From a virus (taxonomy: Duplodnaviria > Heunggongvirae > Uroviricota > Caudoviricetes), in the IMG/VR virus record IMGVR_UViG_3300027365_000008: a DNA stretch of 31,172 nt. One strand, written 5' to 3'. Positions 15,975 through 25,563 of this stretch are shown piece after piece (position 1 is the first letter of the stretch; every line of letters begins with the position of its first letter). A model generated the notes under the pieces. That model searched no databases. It was not told where the DNA came from and worked only from the letters and a program-made list of their open reading frames with translations. The translations under genes were made by a program, and so were the position numbers.

Positions 15975-16000
15975 GGTCTACTAATTTATATATCAATAAA

Positions 16001-17254
16001 TTAGTTAGTAAAGCCAAGACCAATATTAGCAACGGACGCCCGAGCATAGTAGTCCGCACTATCACCAAGAGAAGTCGATGTATCGGTAAACTTATGCAGA
16101 GCGTAACGGGTACGCAGCATAATCCGATTGTCACCAGTCTCGGGGTTACGAACCACGCCAGAGGACTGAAGCGGAATGTACGGGCAGTAGACGAAGCCGG
16201 TATCCAGATTGGACTTCTTGTAGCCCATCAGAATAGTATCGGTTTCAGCATACGGATCGACATAGACGCGGACGCCAGCGCCGAAAGTACCCACATACAG
16301 GCTGTTGTTCAGTTGCAGTTCACCGCCGTTAGCCGGAATGAAGGTGCTGTTAGCAGCATTCTTCATGCCAGTGAAGACACGCTGAGAGACGACCATCCAA
16401 GTGGCACCGCCCTTCTTGGTCTTCATTGCAATCTGAGCGCTCAGGTTGTCAATGGCGATGTTCATTGCAGCCAGCTTCTCACCAGCATAACGACCATCAA
16501 CATTCAGGAAGTCGAAAGAACGCACGGTACCAGCCAGAGCATTCAGTTCGCCCAGCAGTTCACGATCCATTTCACGCTGGATTTCGTCACCCACGGACTG
16601 AGTGATTTCGGATTCGATATCCAGACCATCCAGTGCGCTCAGATCGTCATCAGCTTCCAGAGTCCAGCTTGCAGACAGCTTACGAGAACCCGGTTCGACG
16701 CGCTGAGTAACAACGTCGAGGTTCATCGGCTTACCACGGTTACCTTCCAGATACACGGTTTGTGCAAACGGGTCCAGATTATCAACTTCGTCGTAAGCGC
16801 CGCCCAGAACAAGACGAGAATACTTGTCATAGACGTTTTCGCCAGAGGCTTCGTCACCAGCGGTAACAGCATTCACACCAGAAGCCGCAGTGGTTTCAGT
16901 GCTTTCGGAATACCGGAAACGCAGGGTACGAACGATGCCAGACGGGCCGGGAAGCGGCTGGACGCCAACGAGGTCCATTGCCAGCAGAGCGGGCATGGTG
17001 CGACGGATGAGCGGCATGAACATCATGTCGTAACGAGAGATGTTAGAAGTGGTGGTAGCACCAGCATCGGCGGCTTCGTTAATGACCACATCGTTAAATT
17101 CGTCATAGCCGGTAGAGCCACGAACGGTACGCATGTTTTCTTTGTGGGAGGCTTCCATCATGGTGCCGACCATCTTAGCCTGCTTGTCGTCCAGACCCTC
17201 AAGCATGGAGGCTTTGAAGTCTTCCCAGTTCTTGATATCTTTAAGTTCAACCAT
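16001..17254 (-). CDS. gp23: Major capsid protein, T4 gp23-like
   Basis: PLIRR-MP-L-A-DLVGVQP--GPSG, SRKL-A-WT-E, FVYCPYIP and RYAL. It has a late-promoter variant AATAAATA at 17288-17295 and a likely maturation site INE|A at residue 60. Confidence 0.95.
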   Translation of the reverse strand: MVELKDIKNWEDFKASMLEGLDDKQAKMVGTMMEASHKENMRTVRGSTGYDEFNDVVINEAADAGATTTSNISRYDMMFMPLIRRTMPALLAMDLVGVQPLPGPSGIVRTLRFRYSESTETTAASGVNAVTAGDEASGENVYDKYSRLVLGGAYDEVDNLDPFAQTVYLEGNRGKPMNLDVVTQRVEPGSRKLSASWTLEADDDLSALDGLDIESEITQSVGDEIQREMDRELLGELNALAGTVRSFDFLNVDGRYAGEKLAAMNIAIDNLSAQIAMKTKKGGATWMVVSQRVFTGMKNAANSTFIPANGGELQLNNSLYVGTFGAGVRVYVDPYAETDTILMGYKKSNLDTGFVYCPYIPLQSSGVVRNPETGDNRIMLRTRYALHKFTDTSTSLGDSADYYARASVANIGLGFTN

Positions 17255-17315
17255 CTTAAAAACTCCTAGTTAATTGTTTCGTATCTTTATTTATTCGATA
17301 CGAATATTTTCTCAA

Positions 17316-18146
17316 TTACTTGAGAACACCGGCACGACGCAGTGCTTTCTCAATTCGTTGGGCGTAGGCATCAGAGCCAGTAGACTTGGCACCTTCCTCA
17401 ACAACATCACCCTCTTCGATCACAACAGTACCAGACGGTTGTTCTTTGCCATCTTCCGCACCTTCGGTGACCACAGTCCCTTCAGTCTCTTTACTCTCAG
17501 CCATCAGAATCGGCTTGAGTGCTTCGAAACGAGTTTCCAGACGCTCGGTAGGAGTGCTTTCCAGAAGAGTCATTGCCACTTCACGCTTGGAGCCAGAGAC
17601 ACCTTCCAGAAGTTCGGCAATCTTACGATCACGCTTAATCTGGGACAGTTCATCGGTGGCTTCCTTGAGTTGGTTGCGAAGGCTTTCTTCATCAACTTCA
17701 CCCACGAAGTTAGCTTCATAAGCCTGACGGAATGCTTCGAACATTTCGGAGACAAACTGATGCTTCTTAGCAACTTCGATGTCTTCCTTGAGTTCGTCCA
17801 TTTCCTCAGCGACCTTTTCAGCCACCATGACTTGAACGCTCTCTTCCATCTTCTCAGCGTACTTCTCTTTAAACTCATTCAGTTGCTTGGCATACCGAAC
17901 GTCGAGAGTACGGGCTTCAGCAATCTCTTCAGCCAGTTCTTCGAGAGTTTCATCCAGAGCGGATTCGATCAGTTGGAAGGCTTCACCGGTAATCTCGGTC
18001 TTAGCTTCATCCAGTTTGGCAACGTAAGACTCTTCGAGTTCTACGCGCTTGGCTTCGACTGCCTGTTCAAATGCTTCAGAGATAACGGCTTTGGTTTCCT
18101 CGTTAAGCATTTGGGAGTCAAAAAGTTCTTTGAAGTTCATGTTCAT
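17316..18146 (-). CDS. gp22: Prohead scaffolding/core protein, gp22-like
   Basis: Acidic coiled-coil protein between protease and capsid genes, with TATAAATA at 18172-18179. Confidence 0.85.
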   Translation of the reverse strand: MNMNFKELFDSQMLNEETKAVISEAFEQAVEAKRVELEESYVAKLDEAKTEITGEAFQLIESALDETLEELAEEIAEARTLDVRYAKQLNEFKEKYAEKMEESVQVMVAEKVAEEMDELKEDIEVAKKHQFVSEMFEAFRQAYEANFVGEVDEESLRNQLKEATDELSQIKRDRKIAELLEGVSGSKREVAMTLLESTPTERLETRFEALKPILMAESKETEGTVVTEGAEDGKEQPSGTVVIEEGDVVEEGAKSTGSDAYAQRIEKALRRAGVLK

Positions 18147-18192
18147 CTCCTAAAAGAATGTTTGCTTGAATTATTTATACACCTAAAAATTT

Positions 18193-18810
18193 TTACTTCT
18201 GGTACAACGTCTCGATGAACTTCTTCATCTCCATCCGAAAGTACCGTTGGGCAATCGGATCATGAACAATCGATTCAGACAGATCGGTGATGATCTCCCC
18301 GCGCTTGTACATGCTCAATTGTTCCTCAATCGTCTCCGGGTAAGCCGAACGACAGGACGGGGTTGCCACTGCGTCCACAGTGATCAGATTGAAATTGCTA
18401 ACTTTCCCGGTGGATTCGTTCATACTCCCAGCACCGCGAGATGACACGCCGACTTGAATACCGGAATCGACCAGAGAACGAAGGATCGCACCTTTCGGAT
18501 GCTTGTCGAGGATTTCAGCTTTTCCGTAAACCTGATTGCCTTCGATGCGCAGTTCCACGATCTTATGGGACACGTTTTCCAGTTTGATGGTCAGGTTGTT
18601 AGGATGATCGAGTTCACCAAGGACAAAACGACCTTGTTTGGCTTGATCATTGATCTTCTCGACCTGAGCCTTCATCTCTTCAAGATCATAGATGCGCCCG
18701 TTGCGGTTGCGGTTGTTCGCTTCCATAAACACCCCGGAGAGGTAGGCTTTCTTCCCCTCCCCGGATGCTTCAACCAGCACATCATTAAAATTCTCTTCAA
18801 TTAGAATCAT
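18193..18810 (-). CDS. gp21: Prohead protease, gp21-like
   Basis: GVFMEA---NRNGRIY, GELDHP, SHKI, GVSSRGAG and DAVATPS. Confidence 0.93.
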   Translation of the reverse strand: MILIEENFNDVLVEASGEGKKAYLSGVFMEANNRNRNGRIYDLEEMKAQVEKINDQAKQGRFVLGELDHPNNLTIKLENVSHKIVELRIEGNQVYGKAEILDKHPKGAILRSLVDSGIQVGVSSRGAGSMNESTGKVSNFNLITVDAVATPSCRSAYPETIEEQLSMYKRGEIITDLSESIVHDPIAQRYFRMEMKKFIETLYQK

Positions 18811-18822
18811 AGATTCTCTCCA

Positions 18823-19107
18823 TCACTCACCAAGCGTATCGAGGATGGTGGACAGATCATCAGCAGATTCACTTTCAATCAGTTTGGTGATGTCTTGTTC
18901 TGCACCTTCCTTGATCACTTTGGTATTACCTTGGGCATCGATGCTGACACTGTGCTTGCCATCAGAACAGACAACCGCGTTATCAGTGCGTTTTTCGATA
19001 TCCCAACCAGCCTTCTTCAGATCAGATACCACGTTGCGTTGTGCGAGCGGCATTGCGGATTCTTCAAGGGCGGCATATTCCTGTTGAACGAGTTCGTCAA
19101 AATTCAT
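18823..19107 (-). CDS. Hypothetical head-module protein, 94 aa
   Basis: Located in the head operon with RBS GGAGA. Confidence 0.7.
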   Translation of the reverse strand: MNFDELVQQEYAALEESAMPLAQRNVVSDLKKAGWDIEKRTDNAVVCSDGKHSVSIDAQGNTKVIKEGAEQDITKLIESESADDLSTILDTLGE

Positions 19108-19119
19108 AGGGTTCTCCGT

Positions 19120-19713
19120 TTAGTAGACCTTGCCTGCAAGCTGAATGTCATTTGTCAGAAGACCGTTTTCACCAACGCTGATCATCTTCTTCACATAGTT
19201 GAACTCACTCTGCGAAAGAGTAGAGAGGTACTTGCTGTTAGAAGAGTCATTGACGAACTTGCGAAGACTAGCCGCCGCTTTCTTCTGCTTCTCAGTCGCT
19301 TTCTTCAGATCACGCTTGTGCTGTTTAAGGAAATCCACTTTTTGTTGTTGATCTCCACGCATATCAGCGGCTTGTTTGATAATCATGTCACGTTCCGCAA
19401 TTGCGTTCTGAAGGGCATCGAACTTGCTACGGAATTGACTATCATTGATCTTGTCGCGGAGAACGCTTCCCGCAGCCGCGCCAGCCAGACCCACCGGAAG
19501 GGCAGCAAAAGCCACAAGGGGATTTGCAGAAGCCACAGCAGCCGCGCCAGCAACAGCCACACCGCCTACAAGACCGATGATACTTGCACCAATACCGACG
19601 AGTTCAGCGGTAAGACTTTCTTCCACTGGTTCCGAAGTTTTCAACTTCACAGATTTACTGATTTCAGCACTTACCATGCTGTCAATCATATCCTTGAGTT
19701 CTTCCTGATTCAT
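19120..19713 (-). CDS. Hypothetical head-module protein with a 48-aa uncharged Gly/Ala-rich segment
   Basis: Residues 38-85 contain no charged residue, followed by a basic coiled coil. Confidence 0.75.
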   Translation of the reverse strand: MNQEELKDMIDSMVSAEISKSVKLKTSEPVEESLTAELVGIGASIIGLVGGVAVAGAAAVASANPLVAFAALPVGLAGAAAGSVLRDKINDSQFRSKFDALQNAIAERDMIIKQAADMRGDQQQKVDFLKQHKRDLKKATEKQKKAAASLRKFVNDSSNSKYLSTLSQSEFNYVKKMISVGENGLLTNDIQLAGKVY

Positions 19714-19719
19714 ATTTCC

Positions 19720-20496
19720 TCACATAATCGCTTTGATCTTTGAAGGGTCGTCTTCGATAATAGCGTTGCCAAGAACTTTCATAGCGACCACATATTCCTC
19801 TGACTTGATTAGCCCACGACGATAATCTCGGGTAAAGTCTCTGATCAGAGAAGTCATTTGCTCGTATCGTTCGTATTTAGTCTCTTCACCGGTTTTGAGG
19901 GTGAACAACTTCTTCAGCTTTCTTGTAGTCAATGTATCGTCACGCAGTTTTCGACCAAGACGAATCGCAAGTACAATAGGTGCAAGAACCTCATCGAGTT
20001 GTTCAATCTCAGTTGACTCGATGAGCGCCGTTCTCGACATAGCTTTGTTCATCTTACGTTTCGTCTCTTTGAGTTCTGATACTTTCCCTTCGTCAGATTG
20101 ACTCTTGATCTCAGAATCGATGATAGACACAACACGATTTCCATACTTTTGGATGTCGGTACTAATAGCCTTGAGTTCCAACATGGTATGCTGTCGATAC
20201 ACATTCTCCAGTGAAGATGGGGCTTTCTTTACCGCCCGCTGGATGACTTCACGACGCTCAATGTTGTGCATTGCATTATCATAGTTGTGGGCGAAATTCT
20301 TATTCCGATACAGATCAATCAATGCTCCGAGGGCATGTCCACCAACGAAAATACCCGCGCCCAATGCCGTTGGAATGGGGAGGCCAAACAACGACGCTAC
20401 CGTAAGACCAGCGCCAGCCACCCCGCCAGCAAGCAAACTTCCCTCGATGTTGTTCTTAACATTGCCAAATGATTTGCTTACATCTTTAAGTTTCAT
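19720..20496 (-). CDS. Hypothetical head-module protein with a 42-aa Gly-rich hydrophobic segment
   Basis: Residues 19-60 contain no D/E/K/R. Its start overlaps the portal stop. Confidence 0.75.
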   Translation of the reverse strand: MKLKDVSKSFGNVKNNIEGSLLAGGVAGAGLTVASLFGLPIPTALGAGIFVGGHALGALIDLYRNKNFAHNYDNAMHNIERREVIQRAVKKAPSSLENVYRQHTMLELKAISTDIQKYGNRVVSIIDSEIKSQSDEGKVSELKETKRKMNKAMSRTALIESTEIEQLDEVLAPIVLAIRLGRKLRDDTLTTRKLKKLFTLKTGEETKYERYEQMTSLIRDFTRDYRRGLIKSEEYVVAMKVLGNAIIEDDPSKIKAIM

Positions 20497-22031
20497 CAGA
20501 ATCCATAGCCCCCACCGGCATTCGGATCAGCCGCTGCGAGTCCATATTTTTCGCCCAAACGCCCATCCCCGTACACGATGTTGTCAATGGCACTTTGATC
20601 CATGGCCTTAATCTCTTCTTCAGTAAGCCCCTTCTCTTTTAGTTTCTCGATCTCGTTATAAGCGATATCTTCCTGGTCCAAGTCCAGATACTTTTGAAGC
20701 GCAAACTTCTTGGACAGAGAACCGATTTGAAGTGTGCTGTTAAACACATTCAATGTCGCTTGATTCACTTCAATATCTTTGTACTTGGCAAAGGAGGTCG
20801 GAGGATTGATCTCAAGATTCACATCAAAAGGAACCGTGATTTCCCTAGACCGACAGAACTCATAGTAATCGTTATGAAGTGCCTCAGCGATCAGACGTTG
20901 AATACGACGAATGTACCCCACATAACGCATTTCTACTTGGTACACCTGACCCACTCGCATATCAGAAAACGTCTGTTGCTGGTTCTGTTCACCGAATGTA
21001 TCCAACATAGAAAACGGAATCCGAAGACCGGCAGCCACTTTCTTAGCAAACCATTGAAGGTCACTCAATTCACCAAGGTTCTGACCGGCAGGAAGCGTTT
21101 CGATACGCGATCCTTTGCCCATCGAGTTGGTCGGAATGAAAATGTCTTCACTGGTCGAATGCGGGTCGTAATCGGTTGACATCTGATTGTTCTTGTTCAG
21201 ATTGCGTTGCATCAACCGGAGACGTTGTTTCTCGATTGCCTGTTCCCGTTTCGGTCCTTGCAGGTTGCCGACATCGATGTAATAGACTCGACGTTCCGGG
21301 GCACGAACCACACGGTAGATAATCACCGCGTCTTCCACCAACGACATCTGACGCCATACCTTGTAAACCTGTTCCAGAACAGACTTACCATAGGGTCCGT
21401 CGCCGACCTTCAAGACGATCATCTCATCGACAGGAATAGGAATGAAATCTTCAGAGGACTTTCGATTGCCGGTGACAACTGTCTTTTGTTGCCCAGAATC
21501 GAGAGATGCCCCATTCGGATCATAGATGTAATGGGTGACAACCTCTTCATCGTCTTTGGCGCGAATATGCCCAACGATGCGCTCGGGACGAAGTTTCTTG
21601 TGGGTTCCATCTTTCTGACGATGCCAGAACGTAGCACCGAACTTCAGGGTATCACGAACGCGATTAAATAGTTCGTGATCAAGACGAGTTCGAGACGCCC
21701 ATGTGTCTTTGGCCGTTTCGAGTAGTTTGATGTGAGACTTGAGAATCTTGGAGTCGTCTGGAATGTCCAGATTGAAGATATCCTGATCGTCTGCGTTACA
21801 CGAGGATACGTCTTCCGCCATAATGTCAAGCGCACGAGAGATTTCTACGCTTTCCTTGTCCATCTCTTCATAACGACGGAGTTTGGTACGGCGGCTACCC
21901 CGCGAATCAACGTAACGATTGTACCAACCAGAAGACACCGAATGCGTATCGATGTTATACCCACCGGATTGAGCGGTGCGGCCTCCTAGCTGAACAGGAT
22001 TCCATTTGCTTTCTGTGAGTTGATTTGCCAT
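20496..22031 (-). CDS. gp20: Portal vertex protein, gp20-like
   Basis: EDAVIIYRVVRAPERRVYYIDVGNL, EDIFIP, IETLPAGQNLGELSD--WF-KK, and LRIPFS. Confidence 0.95.
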   Translation of the reverse strand: MANQLTESKWNPVQLGGRTAQSGGYNIDTHSVSSGWYNRYVDSRGSRRTKLRRYEEMDKESVEISRALDIMAEDVSSCNADDQDIFNLDIPDDSKILKSHIKLLETAKDTWASRTRLDHELFNRVRDTLKFGATFWHRQKDGTHKKLRPERIVGHIRAKDDEEVVTHYIYDPNGASLDSGQQKTVVTGNRKSSEDFIPIPVDEMIVLKVGDGPYGKSVLEQVYKVWRQMSLVEDAVIIYRVVRAPERRVYYIDVGNLQGPKREQAIEKQRLRLMQRNLNKNNQMSTDYDPHSTSEDIFIPTNSMGKGSRIETLPAGQNLGELSDLQWFAKKVAAGLRIPFSMLDTFGEQNQQQTFSDMRVGQVYQVEMRYVGYIRRIQRLIAEALHNDYYEFCRSREITVPFDVNLEINPPTSFAKYKDIEVNQATLNVFNSTLQIGSLSKKFALQKYLDLDQEDIAYNEIEKLKEKGLTEEEIKAMDQSAIDNIVYGDGRLGEKYGLAAADPNAGGGYGF

Positions 22032-22048
22032 TGTAATAGCCCTTTCAC

Positions 22049-22075
22049 TATAAATAGTTTCAAAACGTATTTATA
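22049..22075. promoter_or_regulatory. Pair of opposed late promoters
   Basis: TATAAATA on + at 22049-22056 (toward gp2) and on - at 22068-22075 (toward portal). Confidence 0.8.
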
Positions 22076-22086
22076 GGAACACGACC

Positions 22087-22599
22087 ATGGCAACGATCAA
22101 CTCTGGTGGTGGACCTGATTATCTGAAAGCCTATCACGGCGCAGACCTTCAGGACATCGGGCTTGGGCTTATCAACCCGAACATCTATCACTCAAAAGAC
22201 TATCAACAGAAGAAGATTAGAACACTTGGAATCGGCTTGCTTTCAAGCGTTGTGTATGCGGGATTCGAGCATGACACTCAACCGATGATTCTTCCGATCA
22301 TGCAGGAACCACGGTATGCGACGATCTTGGCTTACAACCTGCATTACGTCCCGTTGGACTATAGAAAAGCAATCATGAAGATGGTGCTTGAATCCAATAG
22401 AGCGAGGATCAAAAGCAATCTGCCCATCATTGTCGATTACGTCGCTATCAAGAATGCGATTCCGGTATCGCAATATATCGTTCGTCGCTACAAGCAAGTA
22501 GGCATCGGTGTCATTGAAACCTATCCGCTTTCTGAGATTCCGAAAGTCATCACAGAACAAAGCCGTTGGGAGAATCACTACAAGATTTATAGCAAGTAA
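22087..22599 (+). CDS. gp2: DNA end protector protein, T4 gp2-like
   Basis: HDTQPMILP...AYNLHYVP--YR resembles gp2 D-FPL...GLNLHY-P--R. It has its own late promoter. Confidence 0.65.
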   Translation: MATINSGGGPDYLKAYHGADLQDIGLGLINPNIYHSKDYQQKKIRTLGIGLLSSVVYAGFEHDTQPMILPIMQEPRYATILAYNLHYVPLDYRKAIMKMVLESNRARIKSNLPIIVDYVAIKNAIPVSQYIVRRYKQVGIGVIETYPLSEIPKVITEQSRWENHYKIYSK

Positions 22600-22637
22600 G
22601 GGGTGGGAGGAATCCCCTTACTTGCCCATCTCAGTGG

Positions 22638-24941
22638 TTACTCGTCAATCGGCTCCTGCCCATCAATGAACATCACCGCTTGTGGTTCCTGCATGTGTCG
22701 GATGAACATATTCGTGAAGCTAGGTCCACCCTTAACATACTCGTTGAATTTCAGTGTCAGATAACTCAAATCCAATGCGTTGGCTTCCTCGGGTGATAGC
22801 TGATTGGCAATCACAAACCAGAAGTTATCCTCCTGAATCAAGTTCTCATGCTTCTCATTGACCTGATCAAGTAGCTTAGATAGAGGGTTGGAGTTGAAGT
22901 ACCCAACCACCATATAATCAAACCCATCTGCCGCCGATGGTTGGACATCGAGTGTCACATCACCCACCGTGTAGGTCAGCATGTTCTTCGGTGACGGGAT
23001 AGGCACTTCATCATACTTATCACCAATGAGAATAGGAACAAACATGTTCTGTTTGTCAGGTGCCTCATTCAGATCAAAATCTTCACAAAAGTTCTTGATC
23101 TTCTCATGATCGGCTTCATCAATAGTGATGCCGACGATAGTCTTCATGTCGAGGTAATCCCCGCCTTCAACTTCTTCCTTATCCACGATTGATACTCCGT
23201 TGTTGCCCCGACGATACATACCTTTCGGGCCGAGGTTTGCAGACCCAGCACCGACATTACTGACGCCAGTGGCAGCAGCGGTAGTTGCTTCGTCAAACTG
23301 ATCCATTTCGTTTGCCTCTTCGTTGGTTTGGTTAGTAGTTACTTCTTGTTCGACTTCTTTGGTTTCAGTCTCGTCTTCATCATAGAAGTTGTCTTCGGTG
23401 ATGACACTGAAAAGACGGGTGTTGAAGAATCCGTCATCACGCTTCTCAACGCAGTTGTACTCACCCTCATACTTCAGGAAATGACGCTCCTGCATCTTGG
23501 TCTTTGCCCGATTACAAGTGGAAAGTGACACTCCACACCACCGAGCGGCAAACTTGTCAGAGAATGCAGTGATACCAAGATAGCCGTTGTACAGGCTCCG
23601 AATCGCGTCCAGATACAAGAAACCTTCGGCAACCTTCTTATTCTGTTTCGAAAGATCGTTGACATCACAAGCGTATTCCTTCATGTACGGAGTGATGTCG
23701 ATCATGCCCGCATCGCACAGCATACGAGTGAACCACACCACGAACTCAACAGAACTGAGACGCGGGATGTTGGTCTTGTAAGCCGTGGTTGCGTACATGC
23801 GGACCACGTTGTAATCGACCTGATTGTACTGGTCCGCATAGAAGTTGGAGAAGTCACGGAAGATTACATGACTCTTATCGCGTGACCAACGAATCCCCAT
23901 CGACTTGTTTTCATCGATATGATTGGGGAACAGGGAATGAATGGACTTGGTATCACCGGGCGTCGGCGGGGTGACACCCAGCAGTTCCACCAGCTTCATT
24001 TGGATTTGCTGGTTATGGAATGTCCGGTTGATGAAATCACTGTCCATGCCGTCTTCGGGAATGGTTAGTTTACCGTTCTCATCCAGCAGTTTTTCAGTCG
24101 GGTTGGCACGCTCATATTCGTTTTCAGAGATAGCATAGATGCCATCCTTGATCTTGAACGTGATTGTATCGGTATCGTAATCGACGTGAGAAACATTGGC
24201 ATCGTCACCGACTTCGACATTGACCTGTTCTACCATATCGGAAATACGACGCTTCGCTGCATTGACTTCACGACGATGCTCATGCTTGGCAGACGGGGCT
24301 TTAGCTTTGCCCTTGGTAGACACCTTGACGGACGCAGCTTCGCCTTTGTGGGCGTTGCGATAACGCTTCACGGCGGCACTGACCGACTTGGTGACATCCT
24401 TATGCTTCTCACACAGACTCTCGAACAGTTCAACATCAAGAGTCGGGAGATTGTTCATCATCTCCCACGGATTCTCATAATTGGAATGATAGTTGGTATT
24501 GTCTGGGAGGATGACATACCCACCATTTCCAAGTAGATCAATCTGCGGGAGTGATTTGATGTGCCGGGTCAACTCGGAGTCACCACGGAAATACACATGA
24601 GTGCCACCAGACATGGTGGTGACATGCGGGAAGTCCTTTTGTACAAGACCGCACTCGTACAGTTCTTTCTTGACAGACTTTACAATGAATTTGGAACCCG
24701 GATCAAGATTATAATCATCGATGTCCATGACCACGAAGGACGGGTCAGGTGAACCGATGAGAGCATGGGGGTGTTTCTTCCACCACTCAGATACCGTTTT
24801 CGAATCCGATGTGGCTGCTTTGAAGCCCCCTTTCACAAGCGGTGACTTGTTTTTGGGGTTACACGGGAATACGGCAATGCCTGCTTCAGCATACGCTTCA
24901 GCGATCTGACGCTGATTCATCTTGAACTGGGGTTCCGCCAT
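22638..24941 (-). CDS. Protein with N-terminal bifunctional primase-polymerase (Prim-Pol) domain, central HTH and unknown acidic C-terminus
   Basis: AYAEAGIAVFPC-PKNK-P, ATSD----EWW, VVMDID, TMSGGTHVYF, IDLLGNGGYVILP, and HTH-like AARWCGVSLSTCNRAK. Confidence 0.8.
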   Translation of the reverse strand: MAEPQFKMNQRQIAEAYAEAGIAVFPCNPKNKSPLVKGGFKAATSDSKTVSEWWKKHPHALIGSPDPSFVVMDIDDYNLDPGSKFIVKSVKKELYECGLVQKDFPHVTTMSGGTHVYFRGDSELTRHIKSLPQIDLLGNGGYVILPDNTNYHSNYENPWEMMNNLPTLDVELFESLCEKHKDVTKSVSAAVKRYRNAHKGEAASVKVSTKGKAKAPSAKHEHRREVNAAKRRISDMVEQVNVEVGDDANVSHVDYDTDTITFKIKDGIYAISENEYERANPTEKLLDENGKLTIPEDGMDSDFINRTFHNQQIQMKLVELLGVTPPTPGDTKSIHSLFPNHIDENKSMGIRWSRDKSHVIFRDFSNFYADQYNQVDYNVVRMYATTAYKTNIPRLSSVEFVVWFTRMLCDAGMIDITPYMKEYACDVNDLSKQNKKVAEGFLYLDAIRSLYNGYLGITAFSDKFAARWCGVSLSTCNRAKTKMQERHFLKYEGEYNCVEKRDDGFFNTRLFSVITEDNFYDEDETETKEVEQEVTTNQTNEEANEMDQFDEATTAAATGVSNVGAGSANLGPKGMYRRGNNGVSIVDKEEVEGGDYLDMKTIVGITIDEADHEKIKNFCEDFDLNEAPDKQNMFVPILIGDKYDEVPIPSPKNMLTYTVGDVTLDVQPSAADGFDYMVVGYFNSNPLSKLLDQVNEKHENLIQEDNFWFVIANQLSPEEANALDLSYLTLKFNEYVKGGPSFTNMFIRHMQEPQAVMFIDGQEPIDE

Positions 24942-25032
24942 GTCTGTCTCCTTTAAAACGTTACGGTATTTACAAAGTATTCACCTCAATCGGTGGATAG
25001 GGATTCATCTTACCATCACGGTAGGATGGCTG

Positions 25033-25521
25033 TCAACCCCTATTGAATGTCGAAAGAAAGTATGCATCGGTAAGGTCAAATCGACCCTTCGACTTCGCAT
25101 AGCAACCAATCTCACCACGCTCATAGTCCGGCAGTGCGTTGAACATATCGTCCTTTGACGCTTTGCCATTGCCGGTGGCGAACTTCTTCAGGGACGTGGG
25201 AGCGATCAACTCAATCGAATCCGTATCAAAACCCGCATCCAGAAGGCTACTGATGATGATGAATTGGAGTCCCGAGAGATCACGAGTCGCGTTCCCTTTT
25301 GCGTTGAAGCCCAGACCCTCGATTTGCACACGGGTCACATCGTGCATCGTGCATAGGTCTACAATCCTATCGGCAATCTCACGAGAACGCTTAATCTTTT
25401 GCAGGTTGTCTTCTTTGTCGGCCTTCGTGGACACAACTTCGAAGTACACACGGTTGAACAGCTTAATGGCAATGCCAGTGGAAGTTAGGGATTGATCGAT
25501 CCCCATTACAATCTCGCTCAT
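25033..25521 (-). CDS. ruvC: RuvC-like Holliday junction resolvase
   Basis: MGIDQSLTSTG, VQIEG, PTSLKKFATGNGKASK and DLTDA. Confidence 0.85.
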   Translation of the reverse strand: MSEIVMGIDQSLTSTGIAIKLFNRVYFEVVSTKADKEDNLQKIKRSREIADRIVDLCTMHDVTRVQIEGLGFNAKGNATRDLSGLQFIIISSLLDAGFDTDSIELIAPTSLKKFATGNGKASKDDMFNALPDYERGEIGCYAKSKGRFDLTDAYFLSTFNRG

Positions 25522-25563
25522 CCTTTTGACCTCTCATAAATAGGGGAAATCGAGAGTTAACCT

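Noticed and set aside
16094-18218. Long plus-strand ORFs (391 and 314 aa) opposite gp23 and gp22
   Set aside because: These are antisense shadows of strongly codon-biased genes, with no RBS or motifs.
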